Source: a virus
Lineage: Duplodnaviria > Heunggongvirae > Uroviricota > Caudoviricetes
Reading direction: 5' to 3' (one strand)
Virus record (IMG/VR): IMGVR_UViG_3300007770_000878
DNA: 64,000 nucleotides
How positions within the stretch are numbered: the first letter of the stretch is position 1; each line of letters begins with the position of its first letter. The position numbers were made by a program, and so were the translations under genes. Below the pieces are notes generated by a model, which saw nothing but the letters and a program-made list of their open reading frames with translations, was not told the origin of the DNA and ran no database searches. Below are positions 1-10,632 of the stretch, piece by piece.

Positions 1-1101
1 ATCCTGAAGCATCGTCTGCGTCTGGATCTGCCGTAGCTGGGCTTCGTGAGCAGGATCAGCCAGATCATCCGCCATACCCTGCACCATGTTGCCCCGGTCC
101 GGCGGGCTGCCCAAGGTCGAGGCAACTCCTCGCACTGCTCCGCTTCCTAACATGGCCCCCAGAAAGGACGCTTCTTTCTCCTGAGCTGGCTGGCTCAAAA
201 TCCCGTCGTTCTTTTCCGTAGGGGCTGAGTCGAAAGGGCGGAGGGTCTCCGCAATCTTCTCGTTGAGGTGGGCTTCGTTGTCACGGAAGTCCTGCCGGAT
301 CACATTGACCTGTTTGGCCTTGTCGATGCAATAAGCTGCCAGTTTGAACGGGGTGTCGTTCCATTCGATAGGCCGAACGGTTTTCGGTGGGCCGCTGGCT
401 CGCTTTTCGGTTTTTGGCAACCGCGAGGTCACTGCTTGCATCAGCAATGATCCAGCTTTGCTAAACCGCTCACTCACAGCGTAGTCGACTTCCTCGAGCG
501 TCCATTTGCGATCGTAGGAACTGACCTTGAAGTAGTCCGTCAACCGGCTAATGCCTGACAGGAGTTCATCCTGGAGCCGCGTGTATGTGCGGCGAGACAA
601 TTCGTGGTCTCGCCGCATGCTCAAGGCTTCACTGTAGGCCCGCTTCATCTGGTCTGCTACGGGAATCTCGACAGGAGCCTGGTCTTGAATACCGTAGGCT
701 TCTTTCAAGTTGACTGCCAAGAGGTTCTTGCTGTCGGCTTCGGCCTCCTTGGCAAACACCTGCACAGGTTGCGAGTATTCGGCAGACACGGCACCAGCAG
801 CTTTCTCTTCCGCTGGTGACAGGACTTGTGAAGGGTACAACTTCTCCACAACCTGTTCCGTGCGGGAGAGAGGCACTTCGGCGAATTTCTCGAGAACGCC
901 GCTCCCCGACTCCCGCTGATATGTTGAAGCACCGGAGTTATACCCAGTGCACATGAGCTTGATGAAGTTCTTGGACAGACCGCGATCCTCAGCTACCTTA
1001 ACGGCGGCATCTGTGGGATCCGAGCCTGCGTTAACCTCACTGCACATGTCCTTGATAGAATCAAGGACGAGCTGCTCAGCTTCCTTGCCCATCGTCTTCA
1101 T
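1..1101 (-). CDS. hypothetical protein; gene truncated by the left window edge (N-terminus near 1101, C-terminus beyond position 1)
   Basis: Manual translation of the minus strand gives an uninterrupted protein-like frame from an upstream in-frame stop (plus 'cta' near 1276) down to position 1. It is not in the ORF track because it runs off the window. ATG near 1099-1101 is preceded by 'AAGAAGGAAAAC'. The start overlaps the stop of the upstream gene (1076) by about 25 nt. Confidence 0.5.
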   Translation of the reverse strand, partial: MKTMGKEAEQLVLDSIKDMCSEVNAGSDPTDAAVKVAEDRGLSKNFIKLMCTGYNSGASTYQRESGSGVLEKFAEVPLSRTEQVVEKLYPSQVLSPAEEKAAGAVSAEYSQPVQVFAKEAEADSKNLLAVNLKEAYGIQDQAPVEIPVADQMKRAYSEALSMRRDHELSRRTYTRLQDELLSGISRLTDYFKVSSYDRKWTLEEVDYAVSERFSKAGSLLMQAVTSRLPKTEKRASGPPKTVRPIEWNDTPFKLAAYCIDKAKQVNVIRQDFRDNEAHLNEKIAETLRPFDSAPTEKNDGILSQPAQEKEASFLGAMLGSGAVRGVASTLGSPPDRGNMVQGMADDLADPAHEAQLRQIQTQTMLQD

Positions 1102-2170
1102 CGGTTTTGTTTTCCTTCTTGCTAGGAGGCCGCAACTTTCGCTCGGAGAGATCAGCCAAGTGCGGGACCGGCTCACCAGCGGCGATCTTGTACATGTCGT
1201 CTGCACGAATTTCCGCTGCGTGTCCAGTATATTCGCCAAGTGGAGACGCTTCCAATACCTGTTTGCGGCCTTTGCCTACGCACCACGGAATGGACATAAG
1301 CATGGCTGACACATTCTCTTCGATCGGGGTCTTTGCCCCGTCCATCTCGTCTCGACGGTTAGCCTCAGCAATAAGCCGTTCGTGAACGTCAAACAGCTGC
1401 ATCACGTTGAACTGGTTAACGTCGAATGTATTTGCCGCCTCAGCTGATCGTCGACGAACCGCCGCGTCCCAATGTGCATTGAAAAACGGTGCCACGTCGT
1501 CATCTGGCTTAGACGGTTTTGCCACAGTCCCGTTGGAGCCCCGCAGGATGTATTCAAGCACATACGGACCACCGAAGTAGCCAAAGAACTTAGCCGACAT
1601 ATCCAAGGTGCTGCCAGCCAGGCCGAAGCCCACTGTAGGGCCGATGACATGATTGGAAATATAACCTTGGTTAGCTAGCCGGTCTCGTACGTTAAACCAC
1701 AACGCCTCGTACCATTTGATGGCTTCGGGACGTGTGCTTACTTTTTGTGCAATTTCCTCATCGGTCTGTCCAGCAAGTACGCGGGCGTCTATCTCTGTTC
1801 GGATCCAGTCGCCTTCGGGTCGCGAGTAGACCATGTACGCCCAGAACAGTCCGGGGAACTTGAGAGCAAGTCGCCGCTTACGTTCTTCGATTGTGTTGTC
1901 CGTCACGTTTCCTCGTGTGCATCGGCCCCACGCTCGAAGAAACTTAACGCATTCTCGGCTCTCGTTATCCGGAGCACTGTTCTCGGCATCGCGTAGCCGA
2001 GATTCGTTCAGACGGGCAGCCTCTTCGTAACGCCATGCTGGCGAACGATAAGGATCAAACTGTTGGAACTCTTTGCTAAGCAGCCGTGTGTTCATAATCC
2101 CATAAGCGACAATTGGTTTACGTAAGCTCAGCGACGGTAATAGTCCAGCTGGCGTGGAAAGTCTTGACAC
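1076..2170 (-). CDS. hypothetical protein (364 aa)
   Basis: Long minus-strand ORF, co-directional and tightly packed with neighbours. I recognise no motif. Confidence 0.55.
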   Translation of the reverse strand: MSRLSTPAGLLPSLSLRKPIVAYGIMNTRLLSKEFQQFDPYRSPAWRYEEAARLNESRLRDAENSAPDNESRECVKFLRAWGRCTRGNVTDNTIEERKRRLALKFPGLFWAYMVYSRPEGDWIRTEIDARVLAGQTDEEIAQKVSTRPEAIKWYEALWFNVRDRLANQGYISNHVIGPTVGFGLAGSTLDMSAKFFGYFGGPYVLEYILRGSNGTVAKPSKPDDDVAPFFNAHWDAAVRRRSAEAANTFDVNQFNVMQLFDVHERLIAEANRRDEMDGAKTPIEENVSAMLMSIPWCVGKGRKQVLEASPLGEYTGHAAEIRADDMYKIAAGEPVPHLADLSERKLRPPSKKENKTDEDDGQGS

Positions 2171-2534
2171 CGCTACCTGCGGGCACGACCTCTAGATAAA
2201 GCTTTGAAGTCGGTATTTGTCGGTCATCACGAGGGTCTTGATTGGTATACGGAGCCGCAATCCCGTATCGCTCGGAAATATCGGCAGCCGCTGAAACCGT
2301 ATCCGTAGCAAGGACACGGTGTAATTCGTCATCCACGTCGCCTGACGACGACGAGAGTGAGCTGCATGCGGTTTCGGAGTCGTAAAGATCCACGTCGAAA
2401 CCAGCCAACGCCCCGTCAACTTGTTTGACTACAAGCTTAGTGACCGCACCACGAGGCGGAGCATCAATAGCTACACACGTAGGCTCGCCGCTGGGTGCAG
2501 TAAAAATCAGCTTGTTGGTGTATGGTACGCTCAT
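2118..2534 (-). CDS. hypothetical protein (138 aa)
   Basis: ORF whose start abuts the stop of the 811-aa gene (2534). It overlaps the next gene by about 50 nt. Confidence 0.4.
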   Translation of the reverse strand: MSVPYTNKLIFTAPSGEPTCVAIDAPPRGAVTKLVVKQVDGALAGFDVDLYDSETACSSLSSSSGDVDDELHRVLATDTVSAAADISERYGIAAPYTNQDPRDDRQIPTSKLYLEVVPAGSGVKTFHASWTITVAELT

Positions 2535-4969
2535 TAGTTCCTCGCAGCTTCGTCGATACCCGGAACGCCCGCCTCAACGGCTGTTCCGAGAGGACTGATA
2601 GTTTTCTCTTTCAGCCAAAGCACTAGGTCACCCATGACCTCAAAAGCGTTACGTAGAGTATCTTCGAGTTCCGGTAAGTCCTGCTTACCGTAACGGCCCG
2701 TGAACTCTTCGTTGTGCCAGTAGAACATAAACAGGATTCTGCCTAGACGATCCAATGCTTTCATCAGGTCGCCAAGGTAACGATCTACGATAGAGTCTTC
2801 CCGTACAGCCTTGAGCATGCTCGAGAGCATAGCCGTGTCGAAGACTTCTTTCTGTCCCGTTTGTCCTGCCTGTTGAGCCACTTGCATGGCCATGGGGTCT
2901 ATATTTTGCATTGGATCGTACACTGACGGGTCAGTGTTGCCCGCACTGAGTTCCGGTACACCCATGTAGTCGGTTTGCGGGTTCTGCATTGGAACGCCAC
3001 CGTACGCTGGATCCATGCCGTATTGTGGGCCAGGCATACCTGGAGCACCAGGACCTTCCATGGCCGGATAAGGCTGGGCGTACTTGACGTAGTAGCGTTT
3101 ACCGCCTGTGCGGTCTAGCTCCGCTTCGCGAATCATTCGCTTAGCAACCTTCTCACGCAAACCATGCTCAACCACTAGGTGGAAGAGGGCAGCCTTCTTG
3201 GACATGCGTGCACGGTTAACGCAAACCTCTTGGTTGTCTACGATGATCTTCAACTGCGGCAGTTCGCCTGACGCCGACTTCTGCATGATCTCCATCTGCA
3301 AGTCAACTAGGTTGCCTGGCTTGACAGGATCACTCTTACGTTTGTGGTCGCGGCGGAAGTATTCGCAGGTGCAGTCGTATTCTTCTTTACTGCATTTCTT
3401 GCACTTGTCTGGGTCGTGGATCTTTACAACCTTGGCTTCCGGCGGGATATACAGTTTGCCGTTCACCGACTTAAAACCAGAGCCCTCGCGTTGATTGAAA
3501 TATATGATGTCACAATCGTTGCTGCACGTGTCAATACCCCGGTCGTAATCCACGTCGGGAAGATAATCAGGTCGGGTGTCTCCGCCGTAATCCTTCCAGT
3601 AGACCTGGTAGCAATCGTCGCCCAAGTCCTCTTCGACTTCGAAAGCACAGGTGCCCTGGCCGTTGTCTGATACGATAACCGCGACAGTGCCTTTTCGCAG
3701 ATCGGTCCTGTCACTGCCGTTATTCTTGTACCAGTCTGCCCACTCCTCTACGTCAGACTTACCGCGTGCTTGTTCTTTCACGAACAATTTGGTCTTGTGG
3801 ACGTTGCAGTAGTTTTTCTTGCCGTCAAGACGAATTACGACGCAGTGAGGCTTACGACCTCTTGGTCCGTGCGGGTGATGAATCACCAAGCACTTCTCGA
3901 AGCCGTTTGGCTTGACTAGGACTTCGTAGGTATCTGTGCAGTCTGGGTTGACCAACGACATCTCGACTTGAGTGTTGTAGACTCGCGAGACTTCTTTCCC
4001 GTCTCGATGATCTTTGATCAAGTAGCTGTCGGTTAATAGTTTGCCTCGCTCGGTCTCTGTCAGCTCCGGCATGTTCTCGGTGGTCACTTGATCTGTGATC
4101 ACCTTGACCTTGGGAGCCTTGTCTGCGGCGGCTTCCTTGGCGAGGATACCACCACTGACTACCGATTGTGCTGGTTGGCTGGCCGCGTCCAGGATAGACG
4201 AGTGGGAGGCCTCTTTCCGCATCCCCAAGAGCACGTCCCGGAAAAGCGTAGGCCCATAAAATTGCCGCATTGCCGACTTGACAGACGGGTACGACTTGGC
4301 GATGTCCATGGCCAGCTTGACCAGGCGAACGTCCGACTTGAGAAAATCCTGAAGACCTGAACGATCGTTCAGGCCAGCGAATTTAGTCAGGGTGTACGGA
4401 TTCTTAGTCGCCCAGGAGGCTAGCTTAGGCATAACCTCGTCGAGTGCCCGCTTAGGCAGTTTCGGAATGCGTGTACGATCCGAAGCGAACTTGCCGTCCT
4501 CGGGAGGATTGGACATGTCCGTAAGATCGGGCTGCAGAATACCGAGTTGGTTCTCGTTATCTGGAGTCGGCTCGCCGAGAATATGCGGGCGGTTGGAGAG
4601 CAGGTAGTTGATCCAGTTTTCCTTCATCGGGACAAAGGTGTCTTTGTTCTTGATGTAGAGCAGCTCGTGCCCTTTCAAGTCGCCGTTGATGAAGAAGACT
4701 GGTGCGTATACCCACTGCGGGCCTACCTTAAAACCAAAAATGCCAACCGCTTTGGTGTTGTCATCGTTGCGGTCGACAAGTTGGAAGCCCACCATGTAGT
4801 CCAAAAGACCGGGGGCCTTGTCCTGTATGTAGGCGTAGGCGAGGCTAGCGAAGGACTGTTCGAAGCCCTGCTCCTGATCGCCACCGATGGCCGCGAATTT
4901 CATACGATCCATTTTGTAGCTTGCGAGCTTCTTACGAAGTGCGGAGATGTTGTTCATTCTGCCGTCCAT
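2534..4969 (-). CDS. large hypothetical protein (811 aa), possibly virion-associated
   Basis: Long ORF with non-repetitive composition. It sits in a block with Gly-rich and Gln-rich proteins typical of phage structural modules. No catalytic motif recognised. Confidence 0.6.
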   Translation of the reverse strand: MDGRMNNISALRKKLASYKMDRMKFAAIGGDQEQGFEQSFASLAYAYIQDKAPGLLDYMVGFQLVDRNDDNTKAVGIFGFKVGPQWVYAPVFFINGDLKGHELLYIKNKDTFVPMKENWINYLLSNRPHILGEPTPDNENQLGILQPDLTDMSNPPEDGKFASDRTRIPKLPKRALDEVMPKLASWATKNPYTLTKFAGLNDRSGLQDFLKSDVRLVKLAMDIAKSYPSVKSAMRQFYGPTLFRDVLLGMRKEASHSSILDAASQPAQSVVSGGILAKEAAADKAPKVKVITDQVTTENMPELTETERGKLLTDSYLIKDHRDGKEVSRVYNTQVEMSLVNPDCTDTYEVLVKPNGFEKCLVIHHPHGPRGRKPHCVVIRLDGKKNYCNVHKTKLFVKEQARGKSDVEEWADWYKNNGSDRTDLRKGTVAVIVSDNGQGTCAFEVEEDLGDDCYQVYWKDYGGDTRPDYLPDVDYDRGIDTCSNDCDIIYFNQREGSGFKSVNGKLYIPPEAKVVKIHDPDKCKKCSKEEYDCTCEYFRRDHKRKSDPVKPGNLVDLQMEIMQKSASGELPQLKIIVDNQEVCVNRARMSKKAALFHLVVEHGLREKVAKRMIREAELDRTGGKRYYVKYAQPYPAMEGPGAPGMPGPQYGMDPAYGGVPMQNPQTDYMGVPELSAGNTDPSVYDPMQNIDPMAMQVAQQAGQTGQKEVFDTAMLSSMLKAVREDSIVDRYLGDLMKALDRLGRILFMFYWHNEEFTGRYGKQDLPELEDTLRNAFEVMGDLVLWLKEKTISPLGTAVEAGVPGIDEAARN

Positions 4970-4974
4970 GGACT

Positions 4975-6126
4975 TTAGTACGTAGAACCCAGAGAAAGGC
5001 CCGGTGGTTGGTCTTCAAAACGGAATATATGGCTGTTGGAGCCGCCGCCGGATCCGCTGCCACCTCGACCCGGGGCGTCGCCGCCCAAGCCGTCAATACT
5101 GATGCCCATGGCCTTTAATTGGGCCACGTCACGTTTGATCTGCTCCATGCGGCTAAGGAAGGCCGGGTCCATTTGACCCTTGCCGCCACCACCAAATCGG
5201 TAGCGTGCCTCCCCGGTCTGGGGATCCCAGCCCTGCGACTGAACGGTGGCGTCACCTTTATCAATGTTGTTGATAAAGTCGCCAGCACCGCCAGCTGGTG
5301 GTGTCCAGCCCATCGCGTGCATGGTGCTCTGAATTGGCCGAGTGGCCATTTGTGTTAGTGAGGCAAGTGGTCCGCGAGCGTTAGCCTCCTGGTTTCGCAA
5401 ACCTTGTCGGTGTGGTGACCAGTGTTCTGAACCGCCGATATGCGGTAGGCCAGCAGAAGCAAGGGCTTCGTTAGCCGCCGTACCACCAATACCGTAAGCA
5501 CCCAGGGTAAGTCCCTTCGGAATCAGCCCAGGTTGTTTCATACCGGTCATGAAGCCAGAGCCGAGAGCCTTGCCGCCGTAGCGGATAGCGTCATCGGCCA
5601 AACCACCGAGCCCTTTGAGGATACCGATGTTGGCTCGTTTCTCTGAACTGTTTTTGTCGAAGTAGCTACCGACGCCGCTCAACGCGGAACCGCCTAGTGC
5701 AGCACCTCCGAGGATACCAGCGAGTCCGCCGCCTACTGCACCGCCTCGGCGAAGCAACGACAAGTACTTGGCCAGCTTGCCCGCGAATCCTGGTGCGGAC
5801 GCCAAACCACTGCCCAAGGCACCCTTACCAACGGCCTTGGTGGCACTACCAAATCGATCAGCCAAACCGCTAAGGCCTTTTCCGGCCCGGCCTAGGTGAT
5901 CCATTACAGCGTTGCCTGCAACAAGGTCTTTGTTCTTTTGGCCCAACAAGTGCCCCAGATAGTCGCCAGCATCGGCACCAGCAAACCCACCAGCAGCTCC
6001 ACCGCCGAGCGTACCGAGAATGTTGCCAATACCCTCGTTAAGGCCAGGGCCTTCACCTTCCGCTTGCTTCTCGCGGGCTACTCGGGCCTGTGCTGCCAGC
6101 TTGAGCATGTTAAAACTGGTTGACAT
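4975..6126 (-). CDS. Gly/Ala-rich hypothetical protein (383 aa)
   Basis: ORF, about 30% Gly, with repeated GxxG/LGG segments. Resembles phage internal or ejection-type low-complexity proteins. Inference only. Confidence 0.5.
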   Translation of the reverse strand: MSTSFNMLKLAAQARVAREKQAEGEGPGLNEGIGNILGTLGGGAAGGFAGADAGDYLGHLLGQKNKDLVAGNAVMDHLGRAGKGLSGLADRFGSATKAVGKGALGSGLASAPGFAGKLAKYLSLLRRGGAVGGGLAGILGGAALGGSALSGVGSYFDKNSSEKRANIGILKGLGGLADDAIRYGGKALGSGFMTGMKQPGLIPKGLTLGAYGIGGTAANEALASAGLPHIGGSEHWSPHRQGLRNQEANARGPLASLTQMATRPIQSTMHAMGWTPPAGGAGDFINNIDKGDATVQSQGWDPQTGEARYRFGGGGKGQMDPAFLSRMEQIKRDVAQLKAMGISIDGLGGDAPGRGGSGSGGGSNSHIFRFEDQPPGLSLGSTY

Positions 6127-6179
6127 CCGTGTGTATCTCCAATGGTGGACTCGACTTTGATTGTAAACCCTTTGAGGGT

Positions 6180-6857
6180 TTAGAACCAGTCCTTATGAAT
6201 CCATGGCATGTTACGAATGGCCTCAGGCTTATTTGCCTGGTGGGCCGCCTGGCCCTTCTGAGCCTCGTGATAGACGTTTTTCATTCCGGAAGCCCATCGC
6301 CAAGGGGCAACTGCCCCGCCGACACGCCTGAATTTCTCACCAGCACTCATATCGGGGTCGATGTGGTAAGCATTCATATAGCTGCCAGGACGGTTGACAT
6401 CGTTGATCTGTGCTTTGCTCGGCATACCGTACAAACCCCAGCTGGCAGCCTCGCCCAGTGGGCCGAATACCATACCGGCAGGATTAGCTGACATTGCTGC
6501 CCAGCCGTAGTTCATACCGGCGTCGAGGTTATCGGGGGTTTGGTACTGGTGATATTCGTTTCGGCCCTGCGGACTACGAACATGGTTCCACCACTGGCCC
6601 CAGGTGCGGCCAGGCTGTTGTTTGAACTGTTGCTGGAAACGTTGTGGTACGTACTGCGACATTCCAGGAGTTTGCACAGGTGCCTGAGCCTGGCTTTGTT
6701 GGCCGAAGCCGCCAAAACTCTGCTGACCCATCGGGCCACCCTGCATGTACGGAGAGCCTTGCTGGCCGTGGGCTACAACGGCCTGCTTCTCTCTTGTCGC
6801 TTTCCCTAGCTCTTGTGCGTTCATTTTGGCAATGTGTCTACCGACACAACCTTCCAA
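6180..6857 (-). CDS. Gln-rich hypothetical protein (225 aa)
   Basis: ORF with a Q/G/P-rich N-terminal half and an aromatic-rich C-terminal half. Confidence 0.45.
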   Translation of the reverse strand: MEGCVGRHIAKMNAQELGKATREKQAVVAHGQQGSPYMQGGPMGQQSFGGFGQQSQAQAPVQTPGMSQYVPQRFQQQFKQQPGRTWGQWWNHVRSPQGRNEYHQYQTPDNLDAGMNYGWAAMSANPAGMVFGPLGEAASWGLYGMPSKAQINDVNRPGSYMNAYHIDPDMSAGEKFRRVGGAVAPWRWASGMKNVYHEAQKGQAAHQANKPEAIRNMPWIHKDWF

Positions 6858-7109
6858 CCGGCGTCCCAGTCACCTTGATCGTCTTTGAGTTTTAACACCT
6901 TACCTACCTTGGCAAACTTACCAGGGAGGTGAGTAACTTTTCGTTGTAACGCTCCAGGCATCTTTTTCTCGAGCCTGCACTGTTTGTAGGTAGTCTTGCT
7001 CATCGTTTGATTTTGAGGATACGGTAGATTGCGTACGCCCCAAGGGCAACTATGCTACCGAGCAGTCCGAGACCGAAAGCGATTTCAACAAATACGGCGG
7101 TAGGATCGA

Positions 7110-10100
7110 TCATGGTTTGGGAGGCTCCTTCGGAGTTTGGATAATACCTGTACGACCAAAGTCAACGGCCTTCGCCCGACCGGCCACAAAGCTGGTTCCG
7201 GTCTCCGACGAAGTGCCGCCTCGATGTACACCGCGAAGCAGGCTACCTTTCAGACCAGAACCGAACATACGGGTCATCCAGTCTGGGTCGTGTTGCAGGT
7301 TAGCCATGCCTCGGATCATTTCTGGTTCAAAAGGCGGTTCGTCGTCATGTACATCAACGCTTTTCACGCCAAAGTCTTTGAAGTCTTTCATCATCGATGG
7401 GCGGATCTTGGTGCCGATCGAATAGTGCAGGTAGGGCCTCTCAAGATACTTACCTGTTGCACGATTGGGATCCATTGTTTTGAACCCTTCTCGGGGAATG
7501 TACCGAGCGGCCATCATGGAGTAGGGCACCACGTCGTCAGGTGCAAAGTCCCCGATCTCGTCTGTAAGGCGAACGTGGTTGATAAGCCCTCTCGCTAGTA
7601 GTTCGACGTTGCGGCGGTGGGATTTGATGCCAGCAGAACTCATGGCGTCAGCAAACGACTTGATGTAGTAACGTCGGCCTTCGCCCACGCCTTTGTGTTT
7701 GGTAATCAACGAAGGGTTCGGAGTGCCGTCAGAAATAACGTCTCCAGCTTCGACGTGATCGCCTTTCTTAACCTTTGGCTCGAACCCTCCTGCGATGTAA
7801 TGTCGTTCTCCGTTGATGGAGACATAGGTACCACCGGCAGGAGCGGGCTCGACAGCTTGTACGATACCGTCAAGCGTTGAATGGGCTGCTCCGCCTTTGA
7901 AGGTTTTGGGAACTTGTACGAGTTGGTTGATGTAATCAAATCCAGAGACTGCTTGGGATTCGCCAGCCACCCCGCCTGTATGCTTCGCCGAGAGTTGAGC
8001 CTGAGACAGCGGTTCAGATAGGGCTTGAGCAGCTGTGAGTCCAACATTTTCGCCTCGTGTAGGAAGTCGACCGAATTCTCTAATACCGACGTCCCTGCCG
8101 TACACACCGCCGTCTGGCGTACCACCGATTGCTGGGCTTCGCACCAAGAGCCGTTTGATTCCCGCTTGCTTCAATTCGCGGATGATCTTAGGAGTGAGCA
8201 CTGTGTTTCGTTTATACTTGCCCGCAGGAGCCGCCAACAACGAACCCTCGCTGTCCATGTCGTCAGTATCGACAGGCAGACCAATGAGGGTGTCGGGCTC
8301 GCCATCGCTGTCTTCGTCGATCACGACTGAGCGGTGTGCGATTTGATTGAGTTGTTTGGAATTGGAGACAATTGCCCCGTTGGCCAGTACAAATAGGTGG
8401 TCCTCGTTGTCGACCTCGATATCGTAAGTAGGACCTTCGCCAACGTCCTCGGAGTCGAGGTAATGGAAGAGAAAGCGGCTGTGCCTCTCGCAAGGGTCGG
8501 CCTCGGCCAGCAGCGTCATTAGACGGGCCTGCTTACTACCAGCAACAAAACCTATGTGTTGTGCGAAGCGTTCCACCGACTGGGGATCGGAAATGGCAAG
8601 AACATGGCAGTCATGGTTGGCTTTAGGGCAGTTCTCCGCCTTGTCCATACTAATCTGACCGTAGATGCCAAAACGATCGGCCAACAAGCGTTCGACGCCC
8701 CGCACAACCGGCTCCGCTGTCATGCCCAACGTGACTACAGGCAGCGTAGCGTTGTTCGACGGACTGACACCCCCGTCACCGGCGAAGAGCCAACGAAGAA
8801 AACCGCAGACATGTGAGTTGGGCCACGCCCAAATTTGTTCGGGCAATTCCTTGTCCTGGGCCAGTTTACCTAGCAGCCCGTGTTCAGCCAGCTTGGCCTT
8901 GAGCCGGTTTCGGAAAGAACCGGTGGCAATGCCTCCGCCAGGCTTACCTTTTGCGGGCAAGGGCTGGGTGTCATAAAAGCTGTATTCGTACTGGGCATTT
9001 TTCTTTTGGCGTATCTCGAAACCCATTGGCTTTGTCAACCGTCGAGCCTCTTTTAGCAGCTCCGGATCTCCACAAGACAGTCCTACGTGATTCGTAGTTA
9101 AACCGCCTTCGGCAGTCAGGAGGCCTAGCAGCCAGCAGTACTCGTCTCTCGGACCGGTTTGCGGGCAGGAGTAGCCTTGAGGTGGGACTAGAGCGTGCCG
9201 CGAAACTGTCCGTCGTTCGAACGTACCCATTGGCATAACGTCTTGGCTGATCTCAATATGTAACCTAGGATCAGGGCGTTTGCGTCGGCGACGAAGATGC
9301 TCGGCCAGGGCTTTGTGTTTGTCGGTGGCTGTCACCTCAATAAAACGGTTGCGGGCCTTGCCGTACCGGAAGCGGAACTTTGTTAGCTGCCGCACACCGT
9401 TGTCAAAAGTGGCGGTCACTTTGACGGGAAAGGTCGTTCCGTACTTGTTAGCTCCCAGTACCGTGTCACCTACTTGGATCTCTTCGATAGGCTTGGTGCT
9501 CCAGTCAGCCATCCGCACTTCCGTGCCTTCCGCAAGGCATAGAAAGCCAGCGTCCTGTGTAGCGAACTTAACCGCCATAACACCTTGCCGGGCACCGTAA
9601 GTCCCGCCCCAATACTCTAGCGGCGAGAGCCCTTCTGAGTAACTCTTGAGTACAGGAATCGGGATGATGTTGTCACGGTGATCTTGATACAGCCCGTCGC
9701 TACCTCGTAACGAAGAGAGGTTCATCTTGTTACCGCGACCGGCACCTTTGAGTTGTTGGGCGAGCGGGTTACCTTCGGCGTCGCTCTCTTCAAGAATGGC
9801 GTCCTGCAGCTGCGGCATGGCCTTACCAACCAGTTTGATAATGGCTGCGTCTCTTGCGTCATCGTCAAGGCTGTCGTTGTCCAGCAATGCGTTGATACGG
9901 GTTTTCAGGCCAGACTGCATTTTGCGGGCGACCAAAGCACGCTTCATGTGGGCTAGGCCAAAAGAATTGCCGCCTGATGTAAAGGCGGCTTCGCGTCCGA
10001 TCTTGCCCAGTCGGTGGGAGATATCTCGATAGTCGTCCGGGTGCTTCTGGGCTACCTCGGTAAGCAGTTTGGACAGACCCTTCTTGTCGAGCGTGCGGTT

Positions 10101-10172
10101 GTAGTCCCGCATGTCTTCAGGCAACACTTCGTTGATGAGGATCTGGCCAGCAGTAGCCTTACGCTTTGCCAT
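7110..10172 (-). CDS. rpoC: DNA-directed RNA polymerase beta' subunit, C-terminal portion (1020 aa), interrupted by an intein
   Basis: Trigger-loop-like 'NVGLTAAQALSEPLSQAQLSAKHTGG' (compare bacterial '[21 protein letters not shown]'). After the intein, 'SKQLNQIAHRSVVIDEDSDG' aligns to beta' 'TRRLVDVAQDLVVTEDDCG'. The N-terminal half of beta' is encoded by the upstream fusion gene. Confidence 0.88.
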   Translation of the reverse strand: MAKRKATAGQILINEVLPEDMRDYNRTLDKKGLSKLLTEVAQKHPDDYRDISHRLGKIGREAAFTSGGNSFGLAHMKRALVARKMQSGLKTRINALLDNDSLDDDARDAAIIKLVGKAMPQLQDAILEESDAEGNPLAQQLKGAGRGNKMNLSSLRGSDGLYQDHRDNIIPIPVLKSYSEGLSPLEYWGGTYGARQGVMAVKFATQDAGFLCLAEGTEVRMADWSTKPIEEIQVGDTVLGANKYGTTFPVKVTATFDNGVRQLTKFRFRYGKARNRFIEVTATDKHKALAEHLRRRRKRPDPRLHIEISQDVMPMGTFERRTVSRHALVPPQGYSCPQTGPRDEYCWLLGLLTAEGGLTTNHVGLSCGDPELLKEARRLTKPMGFEIRQKKNAQYEYSFYDTQPLPAKGKPGGGIATGSFRNRLKAKLAEHGLLGKLAQDKELPEQIWAWPNSHVCGFLRWLFAGDGGVSPSNNATLPVVTLGMTAEPVVRGVERLLADRFGIYGQISMDKAENCPKANHDCHVLAISDPQSVERFAQHIGFVAGSKQARLMTLLAEADPCERHSRFLFHYLDSEDVGEGPTYDIEVDNEDHLFVLANGAIVSNSKQLNQIAHRSVVIDEDSDGEPDTLIGLPVDTDDMDSEGSLLAAPAGKYKRNTVLTPKIIRELKQAGIKRLLVRSPAIGGTPDGGVYGRDVGIREFGRLPTRGENVGLTAAQALSEPLSQAQLSAKHTGGVAGESQAVSGFDYINQLVQVPKTFKGGAAHSTLDGIVQAVEPAPAGGTYVSINGERHYIAGGFEPKVKKGDHVEAGDVISDGTPNPSLITKHKGVGEGRRYYIKSFADAMSSAGIKSHRRNVELLARGLINHVRLTDEIGDFAPDDVVPYSMMAARYIPREGFKTMDPNRATGKYLERPYLHYSIGTKIRPSMMKDFKDFGVKSVDVHDDEPPFEPEMIRGMANLQHDPDWMTRMFGSGLKGSLLRGVHRGGTSSETGTSFVAGRAKAVDFGRTGIIQTPKEPPKP
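8361..9539 (-). mobile_element. intein with LAGLIDADG homing-endonuclease domain inside the beta' C-terminal gene (about 393 aa)
   Basis: Begins 'CLAEGTEVRMADWS' (Hint block A) directly after extein 'AGFL'. Two LAGLIDADG-like motifs, 'LLGLLTAEGGL' and 'FLRWLFAGDGGV'. Ends 'LFVLANGAIVSN' and is followed by Ser, which resumes the beta' sequence. Coordinates are about +/-3 nt. Confidence 0.75.
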
Positions 10173-10443
10173 TTTGCCGTCCGATGAAAGGAACTGTTAC
10201 AATCCGGTGCCGCCCTAGATACCGCATGTTTGAAGCGACCATTTCCCCGTAGTCCAGTTGCTGCTCCCAATTTGCAAGCAGTCCACGCAGCTGGGCGTCG
10301 TCATCGCCAGATGCTATGGGCAGTAACTGCTGTTCTACTCCGTGCTGTACCCAGACAGACAGAACTTTGAGTGTGGGGGTAGCTGGTCGGGCCATTCGAG
10401 CCCGCAATTGCTCAGGAACCCCGAATCCGCCCTGCAGAGCCAT
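10159..10443 (-). CDS. hypothetical small protein (94 aa)
   Basis: ORF between the two RNAP genes, ending 13 nt into the beta'C start. A role as an extra RNAP subunit is speculation. Confidence 0.3.
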   Translation of the reverse strand: MALQGGFGVPEQLRARMARPATPTLKVLSVWVQHGVEQQLLPIASGDDDAQLRGLLANWEQQLDYGEMVASNMRYLGRHRIVTVPFIGRQNGKA

Positions 10444-10632
10444 CGCTTATTCCGTCCACTTTGTCTTCGAGCATATGTAGGAACGCATCTAGCTTATCAG
10501 ATTTTCTGTCGAACGCCGCCAGCTCCTCGGCTACTTGTAACAAAGCGGCGTCGTGGTCGGCAGGCGTCATGCCAAAATGCCGCTCGGAGGCGGCAATGCG
10601 TTTGGCTCGTTCGTCTTTTGCTCCGCGTCGTG

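Noticed and set aside
7765-7800. 'GGTTCGAGCC'-like T-arm motif suggesting a tRNA
   Set aside because: It lies inside the RNAP beta' coding region. No acceptor or anticodon stems could be built. No tRNA cloverleaf could be fitted in any intergenic gap either.
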